A DNA stretch of 64,000 nt. Source: an uncultured Collinsella sp. GTDB lineage: Bacteria; Actinomycetota; Coriobacteriia; Coriobacteriales; Coriobacteriaceae. Location of the stretch: the NCBI GenBank assembly GCA_902489965.1, contig CABUCA010000001.1:3823-67822 (forward strand), written 5' to 3'. Made by a program: the position numbers and the translations under genes. Within the stretch, counting starts at the first letter, position 1; each line of letters starts with the position of its first letter. Positions 44,023 through 52,283 of this stretch are shown one piece after another. The notes beneath the pieces are model-generated. The model saw only the letters and a list, made by a program, of their open reading frames with translations. It was not told the origin of the DNA and did no database searches.

Positions 44023-47000
44023 TATGCATTCACGACCTTTCCGGTTTCGCGATCGAGTTTTTGCGAGACGACGCGACTGACGCCGTCGGCTTGCATCGAG
44101 ACGCCATAGAGGACGTCGGCGTCCTCCATAGTACGGCGCTGATGCGAGATAACCAAGAGCTGCGTATCGGAACGCAACACATCGAGTGCGCCGATGAGCT
44201 TGGACAGGTTGGCGTCATCGAGCGCCGCCTCGACCTCGTCCAGCACATAGAACGGCACCGTGCGCGTGCGATACACAGCAAAGAGCAGGGCGAGCGCCGT
44301 CAGGCTCTTCTCGCCGCCCGACATGAGCATCATCTTGGTGATGCGCTTGCCGCGCGGCTGCGCCACGACCTCGATACCCGTCTCGGCAGGATGCTCGGGA
44401 TCGGTCATCTCCAGATGAGCCTGGCCGCCCGGGAAGAGCATAGCGAAGATCTCGCGGAAGTTCGCGTCGACCTTCTCAAACGTCACCAGGAAGGCCTTCC
44501 GCATCTTGCGATCAATGGCCACCGTGATCTTGGTGAGCGCCTTGCGCGCGCTCTCCAGATCGGCCAGCTGCTCCTCGATGTAGTCGGCACGGCGCTTGAG
44601 CTGCTCGTACTCCTCCATGGCAACTTGGTTAACGGGACCAAGGTTGTTGATCTGGCGCACAAGCTGGTTGAGTTCGCGCTCGGCGGCATCGCGGTCCGTG
44701 GGCGCCGGAAGCATGAGCGCTGTCTCGAGCACCGTCGTGCCATCGGCGGTAATGGCCTTAATGGCGGCCTCTACCTGCACCTCGAGCTTGCCACGCGCGA
44801 CCTTGAACTCGTTTTGCGTGGCAGAGGCGGTATCGACTCGCTCCTTAGCGCGGGCAACCTCTGCCTTGGCATCCTCGATGGTCTTCTTGAGCGAAGCGGA
44901 GTCCGCCTCCTCCAGAGAGGCCTGGTCACGCAGGCGCGCTGCCCAATCCGACGCGCGTTCCAACAGGGCAGAATAGCGTTCGTGCATGGGATCGACGCGT
45001 AGGCGCAGCAGCTCGAGCGAGCGCGAAGCCTGGCGTGTTCCGCGGATACGACGGTCGATGCCCTCAAGACGATGCTCCAGGTCGGGCACGCGGCCCTTCA
45101 GCGAACGCAGGCGTTCACTCGTCTGGGCTAGGCGGACCTTGGCGTCGGCGAGCTTGCCGGCAGCCTCGGAATCGTCACGGCGAACGCGGTCGAGTTCGTC
45201 GTTGGCCTCGGCAATCTGCAAGCCCAGATCGCTTGCCTGCGCGCGGGCCTCGTCACGCGAACGGGTGAGCTCATCAACTCGCGGGCGTGCAGCGCGAACG
45301 GCTTCGGAGGCCTGCTCGCGACGCGTGGAGATGCGCACGCGCTCGACCTCGGCATTGTTGGCGCTTTGCTCCAAGCGGCCGATCTCGGAGAGCAGCGAGC
45401 GGCGCTCGCCCTCAAGACGGGCGATCTCGCCAGCGGCATCGCCCTCAGCGGCACGCGCTTCCTCAACGGCCGCATTGGCCTCGACGACCTGATCCGACAC
45501 ATGCTCAAACACAGCGGCCAAATCGGGCTCAAGCCCATCCAGCTCGCGAATGCGACGCTTACGCTCCAGAGCACCCGACGCCTCGCCGGCATCGAGGCCC
45601 ACACGCACCAGGCCGCCACAGCTTACGCGGGCGCCATCGGGAGTCACATAGGTCACACCGTCAACGACAGGCGCAGCCAGCGCGGCAGCCAAGTCATCGA
45701 CCACGTAATAGCCGCCGAGCAGCGCCTCGACGACGGGTCCGTAGCCTGCACGCACGGACAGACGATCAACCAGGCGGGTACCGGCAGCGCCCTCAGCGGC
45801 GGTAGAGCCGCTCACGCCACGCGTCACCAGCAGTGCTTCGCCCGAGGCCTTCTTTTGGTCCAGAGCCGCACGACCGGCACGCTCAAGCGTGGCGGCGTCA
45901 TCAAACAGCAGCGCATCGATATCGCCGGCGAGCAATTGCTCAACCAGGCCCTCAAGCTCGCGCGGGGCCTCCAGCACGTCGCCCAGACGACCCAAGACAT
46001 CGTCGCCCAGCGCACCCACCAGACGGCTCACGAGCGGCGAGCTGTCGGCCATGCGGGCATCGAGTTTCTTTTGGCTGGAAAGCTCCGAGCGCACCTCGGA
46101 CAACTTGTTGCGCGCCTCGCTCTCGCGGGCACGCAGGTCCTTCAGGGCCGCGCGTGCCGTCTCGGTGGCCTCACGCGCATCAACCTGAGCCTGGCGCGCT
46201 TCCTCAAGAGCGCCCTCAAGCTCCTCGGCGCGGTCGCGACGGCTCTCAAGCGAGGCCATGACCTCCTCAAGCTGCTCGTCGATCTGCTCCAGGCGCGAGG
46301 CATACATGTTGTCCTCGACCTCGGCATTGCTCAGCGAGTCCTTCACCTTGGCGAGCTCGAGCGCGGCGTTATCGGCCACACGCTGCACATCGCGCTGCTC
46401 ACGCGTGAGCTGCGAAATCTGATTGTCGAGCGCAACGCGACGCTCGTGGAGCTCAGCGGCGGCAGGACCAGCGGCGTCAACGTCCTCCTGGGCCTGCATA
46501 TGCGCACCGGTCACTTCCTCAAGCTGCGCACGCGCGTCCTCGAGCTCCTCGACCACGCGACGACGCTGATGCTCGGAACTCGAAATCTGTCCGCGCATGT
46601 CAGACAGGCGCGACACCATGTTGTGGCCCTTTTCCTCGAGCAGGCGCATGTCGGAGTTAATGCGGCCGACCACATCTTGCATATGACGGCGCTGCTCGCC
46701 TAGGTCGCCCACAAACAGGCCCTTTTCCTCGAGCATGACCTGAAGCTTCTCGAGCTCGCGCTCCTTTTCGCCCATGCGGTACTGCGCAAGCTCCAGCTCG
46801 GCGGCACCTTCCTTGGAGCGGCTCTCCAGGTCGTTCCACTGCGACTGCAGCGAACGCAGCTCGTCGACAGCCAGCATCTGCGTAAGCTCGTTCGCACGCG
46901 AGGACAGCTCTTTGTACTTGCGCGCGCGATCGACCTGACGCTCCAACGGCCGCAGCTGACGGGCGATTTCCTTATTGATGTCGCGGGCACGCGTCAGGTG

Positions 47001-47558
47001 CTCGTCCATCGACTTAATCTTTTTGAGCGCACGCTCCTTGCGGCGCTTGTGCTTGGAGATGCCGGCGGCCTCCTCGATGAGGGCGCGGCGCTCCTCGGGG
47101 CGGCTCTGCAAGATGGCGTCGAGCTTGCCCTGGCTGATGATGGAATGTGTATCCTTGCCCAGGCCCGAATCGTGCAGGATGTCCTGAATGTCCATCAGGC
47201 GGCACGGACTCGAGTTGATGAGGTACTCGCTTTCGCCCGAGCGATACATGCGACGGGTGATGGCGACCTCGTCAAAATCGACGGGCAGCATATGGTCCGA
47301 GTTATCGAGCACCAGCGTGACCTCGGCGACACCCACCGGCTTGCGCGCCGACGAGCCCGAGAAGATGACATCCTCCATGGCCTGGCCGCGCAGCTGCTTG
47401 GCGCTCTGCTCGCCCAGGACCCACAGAATCGAGTCGGAGATGTTCGATTTTCCCGAGCCGTTGGGACCGACGATGACGGTCAGGCCCGGCTCAAACGTCA
47501 TATGGGCGCGGTCGGCAAACGACTTGAACCCCTTGAGCGTGAGGGACTTGAGATACAC
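44022..47558 (-). CDS. smc: Chromosome segregation protein SMC
   Basis: 1178 aa. N-terminal Walker A GPNGSGKSN, long coiled coils with a hinge, C-terminal signature LSGGEKSL and Walker B. Confidence 0.95.
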   Translation of the reverse strand: MYLKSLTLKGFKSFADRAHMTFEPGLTVIVGPNGSGKSNISDSILWVLGEQSAKQLRGQAMEDVIFSGSSARKPVGVAEVTLVLDNSDHMLPVDFDEVAITRRMYRSGESEYLINSSPCRLMDIQDILHDSGLGKDTHSIISQGKLDAILQSRPEERRALIEEAAGISKHKRRKERALKKIKSMDEHLTRARDINKEIARQLRPLERQVDRARKYKELSSRANELTQMLAVDELRSLQSQWNDLESRSKEGAAELELAQYRMGEKERELEKLQVMLEEKGLFVGDLGEQRRHMQDVVGRINSDMRLLEEKGHNMVSRLSDMRGQISSSEHQRRRVVEELEDARAQLEEVTGAHMQAQEDVDAAGPAAAELHERRVALDNQISQLTREQRDVQRVADNAALELAKVKDSLSNAEVEDNMYASRLEQIDEQLEEVMASLESRRDRAEELEGALEEARQAQVDAREATETARAALKDLRARESEARNKLSEVRSELSSQKKLDARMADSSPLVSRLVGALGDDVLGRLGDVLEAPRELEGLVEQLLAGDIDALLFDDAATLERAGRAALDQKKASGEALLVTRGVSGSTAAEGAAGTRLVDRLSVRAGYGPVVEALLGGYYVVDDLAAALAAPVVDGVTYVTPDGARVSCGGLVRVGLDAGEASGALERKRRIRELDGLEPDLAAVFEHVSDQVVEANAAVEEARAAEGDAAGEIARLEGERRSLLSEIGRLEQSANNAEVERVRISTRREQASEAVRAARPRVDELTRSRDEARAQASDLGLQIAEANDELDRVRRDDSEAAGKLADAKVRLAQTSERLRSLKGRVPDLEHRLEGIDRRIRGTRQASRSLELLRLRVDPMHERYSALLERASDWAARLRDQASLEEADSASLKKTIEDAKAEVARAKERVDTASATQNEFKVARGKLEVQVEAAIKAITADGTTVLETALMLPAPTDRDAAERELNQLVRQINNLGPVNQVAMEEYEQLKRRADYIEEQLADLESARKALTKITVAIDRKMRKAFLVTFEKVDANFREIFAMLFPGGQAHLEMTDPEHPAETGIEVVAQPRGKRITKMMLMSGGEKSLTALALLFAVYRTRTVPFYVLDEVEAALDDANLSKLIGALDVLRSDTQLLVISHQRRTMEDADVLYGVSMQADGVSRVVSQKLDRETGKVVNA

Positions 47559-47568
47559 GGTTCCTCGC

Positions 47569-48294
47569 TTAAACAGGCTTCTTGTTGAGAATCACGCCGT
47601 TGGTGGTGTAGCCCATGCGGTCAAGTGCCTCGAGTGCAGCGGCTCCCTCGGCTTCCTTCTTAGAGGAACCGGTGCCGCGACCCTGACGAATACCATCGAT
47701 CAACACCACGGCGGTAAAGGTGGGCGCATGCGCCGGGCCCTCGGAGCCAACGAGCTTATACGCCGGGGGCTCGTGACCGTCGGCTTGCACGCACTCCTGC
47801 AAAAACGACTTGGGGTTTGCAGGATGCTCAGCACGCTCGGAAGCCAAATGCGGCTTAAGCGTACGGTGAATGAACTCTGCCGCAACGTCCCAGCCGGCAT
47901 CCAGGTACAGCGCGCCCACGAGCGACTCATAGACGTTCTCGAGGGCCGAATGCAGGCCGCGCGCACCAGTACCGGTCTCAGAGGCACCAAAGATGATGAT
48001 GTCGTCAATGCCCAGCTCGTGAGAAACCTCGGACAGCGTAGCGCCCGAGACAAGCGACACCTTCAGGCGCGTGAGCTTGCCCTCGTCAAACTCCGGATAG
48101 GACTCAAACAGGGAGCGTGCGACCACAGCGCCCAAAATGGAATCGCCCAAGAACTCAAGGCGCTCATAGCTGGCAGAAACCGGCTGTCCCTCGACTGCCG
48201 AGGGATGCGTAAGCGCCGCGCGCAGCAGCACCTTATTGTTGAACTCGTGGCCCAGGATTTCCTGGGCGCGCGTAAGTCGGTCGGATAAAGCCAA
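47569..48294 (-). CDS. rnc: Ribonuclease III
   Basis: ERLEFLGDSIL signature and a C-terminal dsRBD. Confidence 0.93.
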   Translation of the reverse strand: MALSDRLTRAQEILGHEFNNKVLLRAALTHPSAVEGQPVSASYERLEFLGDSILGAVVARSLFESYPEFDEGKLTRLKVSLVSGATLSEVSHELGIDDIIIFGASETGTGARGLHSALENVYESLVGALYLDAGWDVAAEFIHRTLKPHLASERAEHPANPKSFLQECVQADGHEPPAYKLVGSEGPAHAPTFTAVVLIDGIRQGRGTGSSKKEAEGAAALEALDRMGYTTNGVILNKKPV

Positions 48295-48297
48295 GAC

Positions 48298-48540
48298 TTA
48301 GGCCTCCTTGGCAGCTTCGATAGCGTCGACGGCGTCGGCGACAGAGTTGAGCGAGAGCAGAGTCTCGTCATCGATCTCGAGGTTGAACTCGTCCTCGATA
48401 GCCGTAACCAGCTGCAGGCGCTCGAGCGAGTTGGCATCGAGGTCGTCAAAGGTGGTCTCCTCGCTAATTTCGGCAACATCGACGCCCAGAACGTCAGCAG
48501 CGACCTCGGCGATCTTGTCGAAGATTTCGGAGCGGTCCAT
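48298..48540 (-). CDS. acpP: Acyl carrier protein
   Basis: 80 aa. The 4'-phosphopantetheine Ser sits in DLDANSLERLQLV and the helix II/III pattern is present. The upstream 79 aa of the track ORF is rejected. Confidence 0.85.
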   Translation of the reverse strand: MDRSEIFDKIAEVAADVLGVDVAEISEETTFDDLDANSLERLQLVTAIEDEFNLEIDDETLLSLNSVADAVDAIEAAKEA

Positions 48541-48664
48541 AGCGCTTCCTCTCATAGTGCATGAATACCAAAAGAATGGTACCGCCCGGGCGGTACCAAG
48601 ACACGGTTCTGATTCTACCCCACGACGTGCGCCGCGAAGCACATAACAGCGCCCTAACTCGCTC

Positions 48665-49684
48665 TTATAAAACGATACCGTCCATAGAGTTGGCGACATT
48701 CTCAACCAGCCCGGCGCGCACGGCTTCGGCCGCCGCGAGCGTACCGTTTTTGACAGCCTCGACTGAGGTGGCGCCATGGCCGATCAGGACCACGCCGCGC
48801 AGGCCCAGAAGAATCGCGCCGCCCTTGGCGTCGCCAGAGAGCTTGGCCTTAATCTCGCGCATCTGCTTTTTAATGAGCAGCGCGGCGATCTTGGTGCCGA
48901 GCGAGGCCATAAAGGCGCCCTTGAGCTCCTGCAGCAAAAACTTGGCAGCGCCCTCGGTAGCTTTGAGAGCGATATTACCCGACATGCCATCGGCAACGAC
49001 GACATCGAAGTTACCTGAGGTGAGGTCGGTGCCCTCGCAGTTACCAACAAAGCCGGGAACGGCGGCCTTCATAGCAGGGAAACAGGCCTTGGTAAAGTTG
49101 GAGCCCTTCTCATCCTCGGTGCCGTTGGCAAGCAGGCCCACGCGAGGATGCTCGATGCCCAGGACGACGCGGGCATAGGCGCTACCCATCTGGGCAAAAC
49201 GCACCATGTCATCGACCTCCACATCGGGGTTGGCACCCATGTCGCACAGCACCGTCAGACCGCCGGCGCGATTGGGCAGCGCATTGGTCAGACAGGGGCG
49301 CACCGGCTGCTTCTTGCCTTCGGCCTGATACCTAAACGGCGTCACATAGGCGGTGGCGGCGGCGGTCATGGCACCGGTGGAGCCGGCGGAGAAGAACGCA
49401 TCCGCGTTGCCCTTCTTAATGGCGCGGCAAGAAAGCACGATCGACGACTTACGCTTGGTCATCACGGCGCGAATGGGATCGTCATCCATGGCGATAACGT
49501 CAGGCGCCTCAAGGGCCTCAACACGTGCATGGGAAGCTGCAAAGGGATTGACGATTTCGGCGGGACCAGCTGCCAAGACCTCGATATCGGGATCGGCGGC
49601 AAGCGCAGCCTCGATACCATCAAGAACAACCTGAGGTTTCTCGTCTCCGCCCACAACGTCTACACAAACGCGAACGTTACTCAT
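48665..49684 (-). CDS. plsX: Phosphate acyltransferase PlsX
   Basis: Full-length PlsX family match (VDVVGGD..., GNCEGTDL, HGATS). Confidence 0.92.
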   Translation of the reverse strand: MSNVRVCVDVVGGDEKPQVVLDGIEAALAADPDIEVLAAGPAEIVNPFAASHARVEALEAPDVIAMDDDPIRAVMTKRKSSIVLSCRAIKKGNADAFFSAGSTGAMTAAATAYVTPFRYQAEGKKQPVRPCLTNALPNRAGGLTVLCDMGANPDVEVDDMVRFAQMGSAYARVVLGIEHPRVGLLANGTEDEKGSNFTKACFPAMKAAVPGFVGNCEGTDLTSGNFDVVVADGMSGNIALKATEGAAKFLLQELKGAFMASLGTKIAALLIKKQMREIKAKLSGDAKGGAILLGLRGVVLIGHGATSVEAVKNGTLAAAEAVRAGLVENVANSMDGIVL

Positions 49685-49772
49685 AATACATGCTCCTTAT
49701 ACAAAAATGGCCGACTCATTGAGCCGGCCATTGTGGTTCCATTTGGAACGGCATCGCATCCAGAGTATACCG

Positions 49773-49952
49773 TTACTCGGTAACGATAACCTCGCGGTCC
49801 TTGTAGAAACCGCAGCTGGGGCACACGTGATGCGGGAGCTTGACAGCACCGCAACGGGGGCACGTGGACTGAGCCGCAGCCGAGATCTTCATGTTGGCGG
49901 AACGACGGGTGTGAGTGCGGATACGACCCTGCTTTTGTTTAGGTACGGGCAT
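49773..49952 (-). CDS. rpmF: 50S ribosomal protein L32 (Zn-ribbon form)
   Basis: Not in the ORF track (59 aa). Translates as MPVPKQKQGRIRTHTRRSANMKISAAAQSTCPRCGAVKLPHHVCPSCGFYKDREVIVTE, with CxxC...CxxC. Lies downstream of the DUF177 gene, as usual. Confidence 0.9.
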   Translation of the reverse strand: MPVPKQKQGRIRTHTRRSANMKISAAAQSTCPRCGAVKLPHHVCPSCGFYKDREVIVTE

Positions 49953-50016
49953 AGTGACCTTCCTTATGAACTATCCAGTGTGGCGATTACGCGCAAGTAG
50001 CGATACTACCACAGTT

Positions 50017-50571
50017 TTACTCATCAAGCTTGAGATTCTTCAATGCTGCAAATGGATTTTCCGTGGCAGCGGCCCATTCTGCCTCTGCCTGGGCGGCGCA
50101 ATCGCATTGCTCGACGTTGAGATTGCAACCGCATGTGGGGCACAGACCACGGCAATCGGGCTTGCAGAGCACCACAAACGGCGTGTCCATAACGACCGCG
50201 TCATTGATAGGCTCACCCAGATCAACGATACGGTCCTCACCCAGGAGCTCGTAGCCGTCCTCGTAGGCCTCGGGATCCTCGGGCTCCTCAAAGAGGTAGA
50301 ACTCCTCGATCTCGCCGGCGATATCAAACGAGGCGGGCTCCAGGCAACGGTCGCACTCGCCGGTGGCGTGCGCGCGAACCATGCCCGTGAGCAAGACACC
50401 GGTACCGGCATTGGTAAAGACAACGTCGTAGTCGATGCCGTCCTGTAGCTGGTACTCCTTCTCGCCCACCGTGTAGGTGGCGACATCGACCTTACCGGTC
50501 AGCGGATACGAATCTCCAGGAAACTCGAGCTGCTCGGAAAGATCGACGGTAACGCTCGGGAACTCAGCCAT
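50017..50571 (-). CDS. DUF177 (YceD) family protein
   Basis: C-terminal CxxxCxGLCxxCG motif (CKPDCRGLCPTCGCNLN) and canonical position upstream of rpmF. TAATG coupling with the upstream gene. Confidence 0.85.
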   Translation of the reverse strand: MAEFPSVTVDLSEQLEFPGDSYPLTGKVDVATYTVGEKEYQLQDGIDYDVVFTNAGTGVLLTGMVRAHATGECDRCLEPASFDIAGEIEEFYLFEEPEDPEAYEDGYELLGEDRIVDLGEPINDAVVMDTPFVVLCKPDCRGLCPTCGCNLNVEQCDCAAQAEAEWAAATENPFAALKNLKLDE

Positions 50572-51068
50572 TACCACTGACCATTCTGCTGGGCGGCACC
50601 CTCGTTGAGCTGCTGACGGCAACGGGTAACGGTGCCGGTCAGGCTCTTGAGGTTCTCCTCCAGGTGCGTAAAGACCTGCTCTGCGTAGTCCTCGGCAGCA
50701 TAACGCGTCTCGCGCTCGTACTGCTGGGCACGATCGCGGATGTCGTCGGCCTGCTGCTGCGCAAGGCGGACGATCTCCTGCTCACCGGCAATGGTGAGGG
50801 CCTGCTGCTGAGCGTCGGCGATGATGGAATCGGCCTGAGCGGCGGCGGAAGCCATAAGCTCCTCGCGCTCCTTAAGGATACGGCGGGACTTCTGCCACTC
50901 CTCGGGATAGCTCATGCGGATCTCGTCGAGGATGTTGAAGAACACGTCGGCGTCGATGACCTTGAACTGAGCGTTCTTGCCGAAAGGCGGCTTGGCTTCC
51001 TCGATCAGCCCTTCGAGCTCATCGACCAAGCTGACGATCCTATCGCCAGGAAAATTCTCGCCCGGCAT
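50571..51068 (-). CDS. Conserved coiled-coil protein (ATP-synthase-b/H-like or DivIVA-like), function unknown
   Basis: 165 aa. The N-terminal segment LVDELEGLIEEAKPPFGKN..VIDADVFFNILDEIRMSYPEE is followed by an Ala/Gln/Glu coiled coil. GGAGA RBS before the ATG at 51068. Confidence 0.5.
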   Translation of the reverse strand: MPGENFPGDRIVSLVDELEGLIEEAKPPFGKNAQFKVIDADVFFNILDEIRMSYPEEWQKSRRILKEREELMASAAAQADSIIADAQQQALTIAGEQEIVRLAQQQADDIRDRAQQYERETRYAAEDYAEQVFTHLEENLKSLTGTVTRCRQQLNEGAAQQNGQW

Positions 51069-51136
51069 CCGGTCTCCTTTCATAGGTAACATATCATCGT
51101 GCTAGTTTACCACATGCCACCAGGCAATAAAAAACG

Positions 51137-51634
51137 TCACGAAAAGCGATGTCTGAGCGCTTCGACCACGTTGGACGGGACAAACGTCGATACATCGCTG
51201 CCGAGCGAGGCGATCTGGCGAACGACCGAGCTCGAGATATAGCCGTACTGCGGCGCACTCATGACAAAGATGGACTCCAGCTCGCTATCCAAGCGATAAT
51301 TGAGGTCGGCCTGCTGCAGCTCGTACTCAAAGTCGGTCATAGCGCGCAGGCCCTTGACCACGGCCCCCGCCCCCTGCTCGCGAGCGAAGTCGACCAAGAG
51401 GCCGGTAAAGGGCAGGACCTCGACGCCGTCAAAATCACCGAGCGCCTCGCGGGCCAGCGCCACGCGCTCATCGAGCATAAACGTGGTGCCCACACCGTTT
51501 TTACCCTGCGATTCGGCCACGGCGACAATCACGCTGGGAAAGATGCGTCGGGCGCGGCGGATCACATCGATATGGCCAAACGTGATGGGATCGAAGGTGC
51601 CCGGGACGATCACGCGGTTGATGGTGTCATTCAT
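51137..51634 (-). CDS. coaD: Pantetheine-phosphate adenylyltransferase
   Basis: GTFDPITFGHIDVI (T/HxGH) motif, ISSS motif, 165 aa. The track N-terminal extension is rejected. Confidence 0.92.
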   Translation of the reverse strand: MNDTINRVIVPGTFDPITFGHIDVIRRARRIFPSVIVAVAESQGKNGVGTTFMLDERVALAREALGDFDGVEVLPFTGLLVDFAREQGAGAVVKGLRAMTDFEYELQQADLNYRLDSELESIFVMSAPQYGYISSSVVRQIASLGSDVSTFVPSNVVEALRHRFS

Positions 51635-52283
51635 GGGCGTCCTCCTGAAACGTCGTGGCATCGTTGTTATCAGCATCGGTGACGGCACTATCGCCCTCAC
51701 CGTCATCATCGCCGACCCAACGAAGCAGGTCGACCGAGGTAATGCCGTAGCGCTTCTCACGTACAGTCTCAAAGCCTACCGGATGCGCGCCCGCATCGGC
51801 GGCGGCATGCTCAAACAGGGCAAAAGCGCCAGGTGCAAACAGACCCTGCTGAGCCAGGTTCTGCAGCAGTTCCTCGACCGGCTCGGCACCATAAGCATAG
51901 GGCGGGTCGAGCAGGACCAGATCAAAGGGGCCGCCCGGCACACGACCGCGCGAGGCACTCGCCAGCATGTCGCCCGTGACCACACGCCAACGTGAACGGT
52001 CACGGCAGAGCGACTCGATATTCTTGGTAATGAGCCGCGCGGCGTTGCGATCGATCTCAAACGTCGTGAGCGAGCGGGCCCCACGAGAGAGCATCTCTAA
52101 CCCTAAGGCGCCGGAGCCGCCAAAGGCGTCCAGCACACGGACCTCGTCCAGATCGAAGTCGAATGCCGACATGACCATAGATGCGCACGCCTCGCGTACG
52201 CGATCAGTCGTGGGGCGGGTGACATCGCGACCACGGGGCTCCTCGATCTTACGACCGCGCCATTCGCCGCCGATGATTCTCAT
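51627..52283 (-). CDS. rsmD: 16S rRNA (guanine966-N2)-methyltransferase RsmD
   Basis: RIIGGEWRGRKI, DAFGGSGALGLE and LLDPPY motifs. Confidence 0.9.
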   Translation of the reverse strand: MRIIGGEWRGRKIEEPRGRDVTRPTTDRVREACASMVMSAFDFDLDEVRVLDAFGGSGALGLEMLSRGARSLTTFEIDRNAARLITKNIESLCRDRSRWRVVTGDMLASASRGRVPGGPFDLVLLDPPYAYGAEPVEELLQNLAQQGLFAPGAFALFEHAAADAGAHPVGFETVREKRYGITSVDLLRWVGDDDGEGDSAVTDADNNDATTFQEDAHE

